A stretch of DNA of 64,000 nt from Vicinamibacterales bacterium (GCA_035575715.1 DATLXN010000020.1:123573-187572), one strand, 5' to 3'. Positions 55,002 through 64,000 are shown, counted from the stretch's first letter. The notes: generated by a model not told the origin, from the letters alone. Program-made: numbers and translations.

Positions 55002-55930
55002 GGGGATACCTCGATCAGCAGTAGCGTGCTGACAGAACCGCTCGACTGCACGTAGGTGTTGGGGAGACCAGCCGTCGACGCGAGCTGCGTCTTGTAGGTA
55101 CGCACGCCGGTACCGCCAGATGTATCGATGGCGACAGTGGCACAGGTGCCGATATAGTTCTGCGAGGTGCCGCCGTTCTGCGCGCCGGAGCGCTCGAACT
55201 CGTGGAGGGAGACGCCGTCGCGCAACAGGACCAACCGTAGTGCCGTGTTGTTGGTGTCCTTCCCACACCCGGCCTGGAAGGCCAGGACAATGACCTTATT
55301 GGCCGTCGACTTCAGCGTGATCGTCCCGGTGAGACCCGTGTCTACGAGTATCGCAGAGGCGCTGCTGATCTGCGTGCTGTAGCTGAACGTCGCGATCTGT
55401 GCGACACGGAACGGATCGGGAAGCGTGTGCCAATTGCTTCCGTCGCAAAACATCGTCGCCGATGCGTACTGCAACAGCCCCAGCGTCGTCGCGCCGTCGA
55501 TGGTTTCCGCACCATTGGCGTCCACCGTCACCACTCCGCCGCCGATGTTCTTGATGGTCAGTGCACGGCCGCTGTTCCCGGCCGCCGCATACAACGACAG
55601 CGTGAACGTGCCGGCGGTCACCGCAATAATGTCGTCGGTCGTCAGCGCCGTGTAGGCGGCGCTGATGGACGTCAACGTGCGGACGTTCGGGAAGCCTAAG
55701 ACCGGGTCCGCGCCGGCGCCCTTTGTCAGGAGCGCTTGTCCAGCCGTGCCCGCGGCGACGCGCCCGAGCTGGGTGGCACTGGTCGCAAAGAGGAAGTCGC
55801 GCGCGGCCTGGCTCGGTAACGCCAAGGCGCCTGCGTAGAGCGCCGCCGGATTGGCGACGACGTCCTGGTTCCAGATCGCCGCCGTAATGAGCGTCCCGGT
55901 CGTCCGCGTCGATGGCGCACCATAGGCCAT
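54998..55930 (-). CDS. phage tail fibre / receptor-binding protein
   Basis: The N-terminus MAYGAPSTRTTGTLITAAIWNQDVVANPAALY is the conserved fibre-attachment motif type. The remainder is Gly/Thr/Ala-rich beta-structure. It lies downstream of the tape measure and tail-tip genes. Confidence 0.6.
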   Translation of the reverse strand: MAYGAPSTRTTGTLITAAIWNQDVVANPAALYAGALALPSQAARDFLFATSATQLGRVAAGTAGQALLTKGAGADPVLGFPNVRTLTSISAAYTALTTDDIIAVTAGTFTLSLYAAAGNSGRALTIKNIGGGVVTVDANGAETIDGATTLGLLQYASATMFCDGSNWHTLPDPFRVAQIATFSYSTQISSASAILVDTGLTGTITLKSTANKVIVLAFQAGCGKDTNNTALRLVLLRDGVSLHEFERSGAQNGGTSQNYIGTCATVAIDTSGGTGVRTYKTQLASTAGLPNTYVQSSGSVSTLLLIEVSP

Positions 55931-56359
55931 TTAGAAGATCCCGTCTGCGTGCGCGAGGTTCTCCGCGCACAACGTTTCGTAGGTTTCCGGTGGCGCGTAA
56001 TTCCGTTGATGCATGTGGCGCCGACACAAGAGCACCCGTTCGATGTCGCGCCACCGCGCCGGCGGCGCGACATCCTGATACATCGCTCCGCACGAGAAGC
56101 AGCAGGCGGCTTCCCACTCGGGGTCGTAAATCGGATACTCATCGCCGCACGGACACTTGACCTTCCACACGCCATGGCTAATAAGAGGCCCCGACAAGTG
56201 CGCGTGGTCGCCGGCATGTGGCGTGCCCCAGTTGCGGTCGGGGAATGCCGCGCGGCCGTCCAACAGCTGTTGGATCATCAGACCGCGGTAGGCCTCCACG
56301 GTCGCGCACTGCGTCCCGAACTCGTGACGCGGCCGGCCAATCGTGAGGTAGGGGCGCAT
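55931..56359 (-). CDS. Cys-rich small phage tail-region protein
   Basis: MRPYLTIGRPRHEF..KVKCPCGDEYPIYDPEWEAACCFSCGAMY (putative zinc ribbon). The start overlaps the upstream stop (TGATG). Confidence 0.45.
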   Translation of the reverse strand: MRPYLTIGRPRHEFGTQCATVEAYRGLMIQQLLDGRAAFPDRNWGTPHAGDHAHLSGPLISHGVWKVKCPCGDEYPIYDPEWEAACCFSCGAMYQDVAPPARWRDIERVLLCRRHMHQRNYAPPETYETLCAENLAHADGIF

Positions 56360-57891
56360 CAGTAGGACAACCTCGTACTCACACCGAGCTCGCCGGCGCC
56401 CGCCGTGCCAAGCTGCCAGTACACGGTGGTGCTCGCCGGCGCGAGCCACCAGGTCACGTCAAGGGTCTCTGTTTCGGAGACGCCGAATTCGATGCCGTTA
56501 ATGAAGTACTCCGTCGCCACCGTGAGCCCGGCGACTGTCTCGGCGAGGCGCACGCGCGCGCTGATGTCACCGGTCAGCGCGGCCGTCAGCAATACGGCCG
56601 ACTGGTTCGCGAGGAACCGGACTGCGCGCACATTGGCGAGCGGGTCCTTGAACACTTCCTTCAGATACAGCGACGCGTCAGAGGCGACGAGCGCGTTGCT
56701 CTGGTAAATCATCTCGATGCTGGTGACGTTCGCGCCGTATGTCGCCTTACTGGTGGCGTCGGACGCTTCGGCCGTGACGGGGTTCAGCGCGTAGATACCG
56801 TCCCCGCGGACCTGCAGTGTCCGCACGCGACCTGGAATGGTGCCGTTGTTCGTAATGGCCAGCATCACGGACGACGAGAAGAACGACGCGACGACGCTGA
56901 ACGACGAGGTCAGGTTCGCCCCCGACCCGTCGGCCGCCGCATTCATCAGGTAATCGGTTGTCGCCACCGGTGCGATCTGATTGGTCGCGCCGATCTTGGT
57001 ATCGCGCTGGACCGGGTCGGTGTAGTCGAAAAACAGCGTCCGCGTTTCGCCTGGGTTGATGGCTTGCTCGATCGGCGCGTCGATCTTCGCGATAATGATG
57101 CCCACGCCGATGGTCCGGGGGAAGGCCTTCACGCGGAACACGTTCAGAATATCCGAGCGGCCGCCCGGGAACTCCAGGCCGTGCATCGTGTTGTCCAGCG
57201 TGCATAGGACTGACGTCACGAGTGTGCGCGTCGTGCGCGCCTCGAACTTCAACGTCTGACCCACCGTGGCATCGCGGACGCAGGCGATGATCCCGAGTTC
57301 GCTCTTGGCTAGGTCCGCCCAGATCGCCATGACCTTGGTGTCCTGGCTGACGTTATCGAGCGCGTAGACGTAGACGTCGCGTCCCGCTTCGATGCTGGTC
57401 AGCGCCGGCTGTTCGGTCATGTTGGCCAGCACCGCGGAGAACACCTGGTCGCTGCGCTTATTCACCTGGATCGGCGTCGGCGCATTCGCCCGGGCCGCCT
57501 CGTTCATAAAGTCGACGGCGACGCACGCGACACGGCGGCTTTCGAATTGCCCGGGCTCAGGGATGATCTGGTCGAGTCGGCCCATCCAATACCGCGTGTC
57601 GGCGCCATAGACCTGCTTTAGACGCACAGGGATGCCGAACCCCCAGCCGGGGCGCTTCATGGCGTGGAACGGCGAGTAATAGCCGAGCAGGGCGCCGCTG
57701 TTGGCCTCGTCATTCCGCATCTGAAACGCCAACGTGCCGGACTCGGCGACGCGCACCTCGGGCCGATGGGTCTTGATGCCGTACGACAATCGATACCTGT
57801 CGCTCGTCGTGTCGGCGGTCAGGTCGGTCCAGCCGCCGCCAACGCCGTTCAACTCGGCTTCGATGGTGTGGGTTGGCAGCACCCAGGCCAT
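56359..57891 (-). CDS. phage tail-tip protein (distal tail / Tal position)
   Basis: 510 aa and beta-rich. The start overlaps the tape-measure stop. The call rests on position immediately after the tape measure; there is no catalytic motif. Confidence 0.5.
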   Translation of the reverse strand: MAWVLPTHTIEAELNGVGGGWTDLTADTTSDRYRLSYGIKTHRPEVRVAESGTLAFQMRNDEANSGALLGYYSPFHAMKRPGWGFGIPVRLKQVYGADTRYWMGRLDQIIPEPGQFESRRVACVAVDFMNEAARANAPTPIQVNKRSDQVFSAVLANMTEQPALTSIEAGRDVYVYALDNVSQDTKVMAIWADLAKSELGIIACVRDATVGQTLKFEARTTRTLVTSVLCTLDNTMHGLEFPGGRSDILNVFRVKAFPRTIGVGIIIAKIDAPIEQAINPGETRTLFFDYTDPVQRDTKIGATNQIAPVATTDYLMNAAADGSGANLTSSFSVVASFFSSSVMLAITNNGTIPGRVRTLQVRGDGIYALNPVTAEASDATSKATYGANVTSIEMIYQSNALVASDASLYLKEVFKDPLANVRAVRFLANQSAVLLTAALTGDISARVRLAETVAGLTVATEYFINGIEFGVSETETLDVTWWLAPASTTVYWQLGTAGAGELGVSTRLSY

Positions 57892-60800
57892 CAGCGCACC
57901 GTCCCTAACTGCAGCTGGCCGTCACGCATGCCGCGGACGATCGTTTCCGGCATCGTGCGCATCGCCGCCGCGAGCCCGCTCATCGACTGTTCGAGCTGAT
58001 CGAATCGGCGCTCGTCAGACCCGTTGCGATTGGCCACCGCGATAATTTCGCGGACCAGCCGGGAGCCGATCACTGAGGGCTTGTCGAGCGGCACGATCGC
58101 CTCGCGACCATGGACGGTCACGCGTTGTCCGGTGAGCGGCGCGTTGACGATGCCGCCCGCCGCAAAGCCTTCGCCGCCGCCGTCGCCGTCGCCGCCGTTT
58201 GCTCGAGGACCCCGCGGCGAGAACCCGGGGTCGTTGTATTCGACGTCGACGCGGACTTTCGGCGCGTTGTTGGCGGCCGTTGCTAAGGGGCCGGTGATCT
58301 TTCCGATCAGCTCCTCGATTTTGTCGACAATCTTTTGGAAGCCGTCGACGATCGGCGGACCGAACTGAAGCTTGCTCATGTCGGTCAGCTTCTCGCCGTT
58401 GACGACGATGCCCTTCTCGCTCGCCATCAGGTTTGCGATGAGTGGCTTGAAGTTCTCGGGTATGGCACCGCCGAAGGCCAGCGAATCGCTGACCAACTTG
58501 CTGATCTCGTCTTGCATGCCTACCAGCACACCGCCGACGGAGGCGCCGCTGCCGGTCAAGAGCTGGAAATCGTCCCAGATCGTTTTTGCGGCGTCGTGCA
58601 GCTTACTGCTGTGGAACTTCGGGCCGAGGTCCGCCAGGTCGACGCCGTAGCGCTTCGCCGCATCCTCCATCTTTTTGAAGTCGACCTCGCCGTCGTCGCC
58701 CATTTTCTTGAACAGCAACGCGTTGTCCTTCGAAAGCACGCCGATCTCGATGAGATGCTCGATGGCGGGCCGCAGCGCGTCAGGGATGGTGCGCCCAGAG
58801 GACGCGGCGGTCGTGAATAACGCACCGAACTCCACGTTCACGTCCGCCATCTTCTTGTCGAATTCGCTGATGAAGGCGTTGAACTGATCGAGGCCGGCCT
58901 TACCCTGGTGGCCCCACTCGTTCTTGAACGACATGCCCAGCGCCTTTGCCTTGGCGTCCAGCTGCTCGAGCGTGCCGTGGGTCAGGAGCAGCGTGCCGCG
59001 CACCTTGTCGATCTCGGCGTTGTATTTCTTAATCTCGTCGTTGACGCCGATCCCGAATAGGCTTTTCAGCTTTCCGCCGATCGCACCGGCGAGCGGCCCG
59101 ATCAGCGCGCCGATGCCCGGGATCATCGCGTTGAAGGCGCCACCGAGCGTCGGGCCGAGCGCCCCGAGAATCTTGCTCCCGAACTTCGTGACCACACCCT
59201 TGCCGAGTTCTTGGCCGAGATGCGTGCCGGCGGCCACGGCCACGTTGCCGCCTCCCTGCACCGCGCTCAGGATGACCGGACCGAGACCTTCCATCGCGGT
59301 GGTCATCCCGCCCTTCATCTTGGGCGGCAGCGCCGTCAGCTCCTTCGTGATGGGACCGAAGAGCCCTTTCGACAGCGCCTCGCCGAGCGGCATGGAGTCG
59401 GCGCCCATCTTCGCGAGCTCCTTCTCCATTTCTTTGGTCAGGCCGATCGATTCCGTGACGCTCTTCTCGAACGGACCGAAGAGGCCCTTCTCGAGCGCTT
59501 CGTGGACAGAGATATTGTTTTTGCCCAGGTCGACAATCGCGTCGTTGAGCTTTTTCCATTCGGCCTGGCGGTCCTTCAGTGCTTTGATTTCGGACTTCGA
59601 CAGCTTGTCGGACTTCTTTTCGTAATCCTCGAGCGTCTTTCCGCTGCTCTCGATCTCGACCTTTTTATCCTTCGTCGCATGCATCGCCTTGACCATCTCG
59701 CCGCGGACCTTGTCCAGGCTGCCGGTCATGCCGTCGATTTTTTTCTGGAACTCGCCCGTCGCCGTGACGCCCGTCCAGGCTTCTTTTGTCTGGTCGATGA
59801 AGGATTGCTTCATGCCGCCCAGCTGCGCGCCAGCGTCGCGCACCGAGTCGCCCATGCCTTTGAATTTGTCGCCGATGCCTGGAATCTTCTCGGCCGCGCC
59901 GATCACGAGGCCCATGCCTTTGACCAGACCTTCGAGCAGCCCCGTGATTGCGACACCGACTGCCGCGAACACCAGCTTCAGCCCAGAGAATGCGACGTTG
60001 ATAAAGCCGGCTGTATTGACGCCGAACTTGGCGGCGTCGACGAGCATCAGCGCGAAGCTGTTGACGTAACCGGTCAGTGTGTTCACGAGGCCGGCCGAAT
60101 CCGCACCGAATGCCGACTCCAGCCCGGTCGCGATCGAGCCCAGCATCGCGTTGACCGCCGGACTGGTCGCGATCGCTTCGGACAGCTTGTCCTTGAAATT
60201 CCCGACCATCGCCTTCGATGCCGCGACCGCGTCCGCAAAATCGAACTGCGCTTCGCCCGATTCCTTCAGGACCCGCTGCAGCTCCCGTTTGATCGCGATG
60301 CCCTTGGCGTCGGTCTTCTCGGCCTCATTCATGTCCGCGACGGTCTTGCCGATCGACTTGCCGTAGTCATACATCGCCTGCGCGCCGTCGATGTTGACGC
60401 CGACGGTTTTCAGCGCCATGTCCTTCCCCGTGGCCATGACCTGCGTCAGCGTCTCGAACGCCGTCTTCGCATCGCCACCGGTCCGGTCGGCGAGGACACG
60501 CGCAGATTTCCCGAGCAGCCCAAAGTCCGCGTCGGTCAGCTTCAGTTTTTGGCTGAGCGCCACGTTGGCTATTTGCATCAGGTCGAAGTCCGTGACCGTA
60601 CCGGCGAACGCCTTCTTCAGTGTGCCGAGCACCTTGACGGAGTCGTTGCCGATCGTCTTGTTGAGCGTGTCAAACGACCCACGGATGTCCGCGACATCGG
60701 CGCCGCGAATGCCCAGCGCGACGACGCCTGCGGCCAGCGCCCCGACGGCGCCGGTGACCGCGCCGATCGTGAGGCCCATGCCGGCGAATGACGACCCGAC

Positions 60801-60962
60801 GTTGCCGAGAAACGATTGGACGCCCGAGCCTGCGCCTTTCGCGCGGTCGCTGCTACCCTGAACGTCGTTATCGAGGTCCTTGAGCGCGCGCTGGACCTGC
60901 TTAAACGCTTCCTCGGTGACGTTTCGGGCCCGGAGTACGAGCTCGACTTCGCGTTCACTCAC
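57891..60962 (-). CDS. phage tail tape measure protein
   Basis: 1023 aa, Ala/Gly/Lys-rich and helical. It has a hydrophobic Gly-rich core (LGALGPTLGGAFNAMIPGIGALIGPLAGAIGG) and sits between the chaperone-like and tail-tip genes. Confidence 0.8.
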   Translation of the reverse strand: MSEREVELVLRARNVTEEAFKQVQRALKDLDNDVQGSSDRAKGAGSGVQSFLGNVGSSFAGMGLTIGAVTGAVGALAAGVVALGIRGADVADIRGSFDTLNKTIGNDSVKVLGTLKKAFAGTVTDFDLMQIANVALSQKLKLTDADFGLLGKSARVLADRTGGDAKTAFETLTQVMATGKDMALKTVGVNIDGAQAMYDYGKSIGKTVADMNEAEKTDAKGIAIKRELQRVLKESGEAQFDFADAVAASKAMVGNFKDKLSEAIATSPAVNAMLGSIATGLESAFGADSAGLVNTLTGYVNSFALMLVDAAKFGVNTAGFINVAFSGLKLVFAAVGVAITGLLEGLVKGMGLVIGAAEKIPGIGDKFKGMGDSVRDAGAQLGGMKQSFIDQTKEAWTGVTATGEFQKKIDGMTGSLDKVRGEMVKAMHATKDKKVEIESSGKTLEDYEKKSDKLSKSEIKALKDRQAEWKKLNDAIVDLGKNNISVHEALEKGLFGPFEKSVTESIGLTKEMEKELAKMGADSMPLGEALSKGLFGPITKELTALPPKMKGGMTTAMEGLGPVILSAVQGGGNVAVAAGTHLGQELGKGVVTKFGSKILGALGPTLGGAFNAMIPGIGALIGPLAGAIGGKLKSLFGIGVNDEIKKYNAEIDKVRGTLLLTHGTLEQLDAKAKALGMSFKNEWGHQGKAGLDQFNAFISEFDKKMADVNVEFGALFTTAASSGRTIPDALRPAIEHLIEIGVLSKDNALLFKKMGDDGEVDFKKMEDAAKRYGVDLADLGPKFHSSKLHDAAKTIWDDFQLLTGSGASVGGVLVGMQDEISKLVSDSLAFGGAIPENFKPLIANLMASEKGIVVNGEKLTDMSKLQFGPPIVDGFQKIVDKIEELIGKITGPLATAANNAPKVRVDVEYNDPGFSPRGPRANGGDGDGGGEGFAAGGIVNAPLTGQRVTVHGREAIVPLDKPSVIGSRLVREIIAVANRNGSDERRFDQLEQSMSGLAAAMRTMPETIVRGMRDGQLQLGTVR

Positions 60963-61722
60963 GGGCGCCCCCCTTGTGTTGCTCGTGCATCACCTCGAGG
61001 TGCGTCTGATGCACGCAGCCGAGCGCGCTCATCAGCCACGCGTTCTGTTCGTCGAGCCCGCCGGCGGCCGGCAACGACGTGCGCTGCCACCGCACCGCGC
61101 CGTTGGGATGTGTCGTGACCTCGTGCGTCCAATAGAAGACCCGCAACGCGTTTTCGATCTCGGGAGTGAAACTGAGCACCGGGCAGGTCTTGAGCACCAG
61201 CGGCCCGTGGTGCCATACGACACGTTTCTTTGTGGACCCGTCGCAGCCGCGTCTCGCACAGAGCTGCAGCTCGTGGCATGTCTGGCAATTGGTCCCGGTC
61301 TCGAGCCACGACGAGCCGACCTTGTTGGCCCGCGCCTCGTCGAGCCAGAGCGAAAACCGTGTCGCCGTGACCAGGGCGTCCCGTTCGGCCGACGACAGCT
61401 GCTGCGCATCGAGCACCGCGCTGAATAACCGGGTTACCAAGTCCTCGCGTCCACCGAGCAGCGTGCCAAGGCCATCGACCATGACGACCTCGTCGATCAG
61501 GACGTCGCCGCTCGGCGCCGTCACATGCGCGTCGATCGCCGCGACGCGTGCGAGATGCAACACTGCCCGCAGAGACGCCGACGGCGCCCGCGAGCCACGC
61601 GGCGACACCAGGCGCGCCAGCTGCGCGAGCTCGTGCACCGTCACGCGCGCGACCTCGAGGCGGACCACTTCGCCGTCGATCGCGACCGTCTGCTGCGACG
61701 CCCGGTGAGCCCTGAAGGACAT
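60955..61722 (-). CDS. tail-assembly-chaperone-like N-domain fused to a Cys/His-rich C-domain
   Basis: N-terminal QQTVAIDGEVVRLEVARVTVHELAQLARL and LVTRLFSAVLDAQQLSSAERDAL parallel the upstream paralog. The C-terminus is NCQTCHELQLCARRGCDG..LKTCPV.. Confidence 0.5.
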   Translation of the reverse strand: MSFRAHRASQQTVAIDGEVVRLEVARVTVHELAQLARLVSPRGSRAPSASLRAVLHLARVAAIDAHVTAPSGDVLIDEVVMVDGLGTLLGGREDLVTRLFSAVLDAQQLSSAERDALVTATRFSLWLDEARANKVGSSWLETGTNCQTCHELQLCARRGCDGSTKKRVVWHHGPLVLKTCPVLSFTPEIENALRVFYWTHEVTTHPNGAVRWQRTSLPAAGGLDEQNAWLMSALGCVHQTHLEVMHEQHKGGARE

Positions 61723-61725
61723 CGA

Positions 61726-62664
61726 TCACCCCTGGTGCGCCTTCCGCCACCGGTCGACCGAATACAAGTAGACCCAGCGCTGGCCGGTGTGATCGAGCTG
61801 CTCGCCCTCGCCGAGCGGCACGAGTTCGCTGACGTCCGCGATCCAGTTGCCGCCCATCGCGAAGGCGTGCGAGACCACGCGTGCGCCAGCCGGGAGTTGC
61901 GACAGCAGCACCGGCCGCAGTTTGGCGTTGGCGCCAGCCAGCAGGTAGAGGCTGACGACGGTGGCGGACCGAAGATCGGCCGTCAACGCGTCCTGTTGAA
62001 TGAAGGTGCAGCGATCGGTCACGCCGGCGGCGCGCGCGGCTTCGTTGGCCTCGGCAATGCGATCGGCATCAATGTCGTATCCGATCGCCGTCGCGCCGCG
62101 TTGCGCCGCAGCGATACAGAGCCGGCCGGACCCGCAGCCCAGATCGACAACGGTGTCCGTGTCGGTGACCTTCGCGATCGCCATCATGCGGTCCGCGACG
62201 GCCACGGGAGTCGGCACAAAGGGCGCGAGGCGCGTGCGCCAGTTGGCCTTCTGCTCGGCGTCGAGCTTGTTCTCCATGAAGATGATCATCAGGAGTTCGG
62301 ACAGCATCGCGTCGCGAGCGCCGAACAACCGCACCAGGTCGGCGCCTTTCGTGATGGATTCCGGGCTGTCGTCTTCGACAATGTGGCCTGGCTCGATCGC
62401 GACGTACTGAGAAATGGCCTCGACGACGAAGGTCTTGGCCGACCGCTCGTCTTCCTCCGCGCGCTGCTCACGTGCTTGCCGCGCGTCGCCGAGCTCGCCT
62501 TCGGGCACGGGCGCCTTCGCGGAATCATTTGCACGGCCCATGCGCGCGAAGTCCCGGTTAAAGTCGATCGCTTGTTGCGGGTTGAGTCGCGCGATCTTGA
62601 TCGGGATGACCTCCCCGTCGATCACGATCGTGGTGTTGTAAGTGGACGACAGACGCAAAGCCAT
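61726..62664 (-). CDS. tail-assembly-chaperone-like N-domain fused to a class I SAM-dependent methyltransferase
   Basis: The start MALRLSSTYNTTIVIDGEVIPIKIARLNPQQAIDFNRDF is ATG 62664 with AGGAGG 5 nt upstream. The C-terminal half carries motif I VVDLGCGSGRLCIAAA, then AIGYDID and TFIQQDAL. Confidence 0.6.
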   Translation of the reverse strand: MALRLSSTYNTTIVIDGEVIPIKIARLNPQQAIDFNRDFARMGRANDSAKAPVPEGELGDARQAREQRAEEDERSAKTFVVEAISQYVAIEPGHIVEDDSPESITKGADLVRLFGARDAMLSELLMIIFMENKLDAEQKANWRTRLAPFVPTPVAVADRMMAIAKVTDTDTVVDLGCGSGRLCIAAAQRGATAIGYDIDADRIAEANEAARAAGVTDRCTFIQQDALTADLRSATVVSLYLLAGANAKLRPVLLSQLPAGARVVSHAFAMGGNWIADVSELVPLGEGEQLDHTGQRWVYLYSVDRWRKAHQG

Positions 62665-62805
62665 TGAACCTCCTGCGCACGTGGTGCGCGGAACCGTGTA
62701 AACGCCGGGCTGTTCAATCGCTCGCGAGAGGAGCGGCCACCCCCGAAGGCCAGACATTGCGAGGGGGCGACCGCCGGCGAACGCGGTGTGCGGGGACCTG
62801 GCGGT

Positions 62806-63960
62806 CTAGGCGACCGCCAGGTAGAACTCGTCGTTGCCGCTCGTGCCTTTGCAGATGCCCTTATAGGCATGCTGCATTTCTTCTTCGTTGTTCGGGTCGT
62901 CGGGTGTGTCGAGCTCGAGCTTCGGTGCATACATCGCCCAGATGCTGCCCTGGGTAAACCCGCACTGCACCATGGCGGCCACGTCGTTGCTCGCCTCGGC
63001 GGCGTCGAGGATGGTCACGTCGTTCGACACCATCGTGTCGAGCGCCGCGGTGACGGACCGCTTGCCGGCGCGATACATCGCCTGCGCCTGCGCGGTGCCG
63101 AACGCGACGTTATCGAGCTTGAGGCCGTTCTTGAGCTCGAAGGAGGCCTTCAGGAATTCCTCGGCGCTGCCGTCGACGCGCAGGTAACCGGTAAGTCCGG
63201 ACGGTGGCGTCGTGCCTGCCGTGGTGAAGGTCGCCGGATCCGTCTGCGCGTTGCGCGTGCGCTTCTGTGCCGGGCCCGACGCCTCGAACATGATCTCGTT
63301 GTTCGCGTCAACCATGATCTTGAGCGACTCGGGCGCGCAGCCGTTCATCTCATAGCTGTGCGAGGTCAGGTAGTGCGCCCAGTTCAACGACGCCGTCGCG
63401 AGCAGGGCCGTCGTCAGTTTGTAGGTCAGGCAGCCCTTCACTGCTTGGCCATCGGTCAGCGCTGACGGCAGCGCGGGGGCCCAGGTGGTGACACCGGTGC
63501 CAGTGTTGACCGCGGTGATGAACCGAACGTAGATGTTGCCATCCTGGTGCGTGATGGCGATGGCGTCACCAACGGCTAGGCCGGCTGCCGAGGTCAGCGT
63601 GTCGGCTGTCGTCGTACCGGCGCCGCCAACAGCAATCGTGGTCGCCAGCGTGACGTTCGTCTTCGACCCGAAGAAGGCCTCGAGCATGAAGTCCACGTCG
63701 GGCACGGTGTTGAGCGTGCCGGACGGGTAGAGGATCCCGTTGACCATCCAGTCGGCTGTCTTGCGACGGTTGAAGCGGTAGATCTGGGACGGGTGCGCGT
63801 GACGCTCCGGAGAGTTCACCCGGTTGCGCGGGTTCTGATTGAACTTCAGGCCCAGGTGACGCACAGCGTCCGTGGCCGCCAGCGCCGCCGACGCGCCGTA
63901 GGACGCTTCTTGTGCGCCATACAGTCGACCGACGCGTCCGATTTGATAGGTATGTGACAT
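62806..63960 (-). CDS. putative major tail (tube) protein
   Basis: 384 aa. MSHTYQIGRVGRLYGAQEASYGASAAL.. resembles tail-tube N-termini. It is the last large gene before the chaperone-like pair and the tape measure. The call rests on synteny; a major capsid protein is not excluded. Confidence 0.4.
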   Translation of the reverse strand: MSHTYQIGRVGRLYGAQEASYGASAALAATDAVRHLGLKFNQNPRNRVNSPERHAHPSQIYRFNRRKTADWMVNGILYPSGTLNTVPDVDFMLEAFFGSKTNVTLATTIAVGGAGTTTADTLTSAAGLAVGDAIAITHQDGNIYVRFITAVNTGTGVTTWAPALPSALTDGQAVKGCLTYKLTTALLATASLNWAHYLTSHSYEMNGCAPESLKIMVDANNEIMFEASGPAQKRTRNAQTDPATFTTAGTTPPSGLTGYLRVDGSAEEFLKASFELKNGLKLDNVAFGTAQAQAMYRAGKRSVTAALDTMVSNDVTILDAAEASNDVAAMVQCGFTQGSIWAMYAPKLELDTPDDPNNEEEMQHAYKGICKGTSGNDEFYLAVA

Positions 63961-64000
63961 CGCTCGTCTCCCTCAGTCGACGCGTTATTCGGTGGCGACG

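Larger units (their letters stand above)
47883..64000 (-). mobile_element. tRNA-adjacent accessory region: bacteriocin islet plus tail/fibre/lysis end of a siphovirus-like prophage (partial; continues past the window)
   Basis: Gene content switches at the tRNA. From 63960 down to 49671 there is a co-directional, start/stop-overlapping string: tail tube candidate, 2 chaperone-like genes, tape measure, tail tip, fibre and wall hydrolases. An HNH nuclease sits on the opposite strand. No integrase or att duplication is seen in the window. Confidence 0.7.

Noticed and set aside
62806-63960. Calling the 384-aa protein a major capsid protein
   Set aside because: It is not rejected outright, but its position immediately upstream of the chaperone-like pair and tape measure, with no intervening head-tail connector genes, favours a tail tube protein. 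It needs HHpred to decide.

Overview
High-GC bacterial chromosome segment (GC judged by eye, not computed). It looks Acidobacteriota-like: a TIGR03436-style VWA protein, a CarboxypepD_reg/TonB-dependent receptor and an egtB-egtD pair. The taxon call is inference only. Positions 1 to about 47.3 kb are densely packed core genes. They include valS (5' part), split methylmalonyl-CoA-mutase-family subunits, glutamate dehydrogenase, acyl-CoA dehydrogenase, a HIT protein, cmk/rpsA/ihfB, an RluB-type pseudouridine synthase, trpS-scpA-scpB, uvrC, uvrA, Ku, tdk and efp. There is also an hsp20-htrA-mscS-decarboxylase string, an M1 aminopeptidase, Mpg glycosylase, an L,D-transpeptidase and egtB-egtD. Embedded in this core are a RES/Xre toxin-antitoxin pair with a twin-palindrome operator and a frameshifted TonB-dependent receptor. 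tRNA-Thr(CGT) at 47807-47882 marks the switch to accessory DNA. First comes a visibly lower-GC islet with a fulvocin-C-like Cys-rich bacteriocin precursor and a polytopic membrane protein. Then comes the tail/fibre/lysis end of a siphovirus-like prophage, on the minus strand and running off the right edge. It carries a tape measure, two paralogous chaperone-like genes (one fused to a SAM methyltransferase), a PAS-domain gene coupled to the fibre genes, an antisense HNH nuclease and several wall hydrolases. No integrase, transposase, rRNA or CRISPR array is visible. Two features recur across the window: many 7-9 nt tandem repeat arrays placed exactly at gene junctions, and a family of GC-rich REP-like palindromes, one of which appears to sit in frame inside uvrA.
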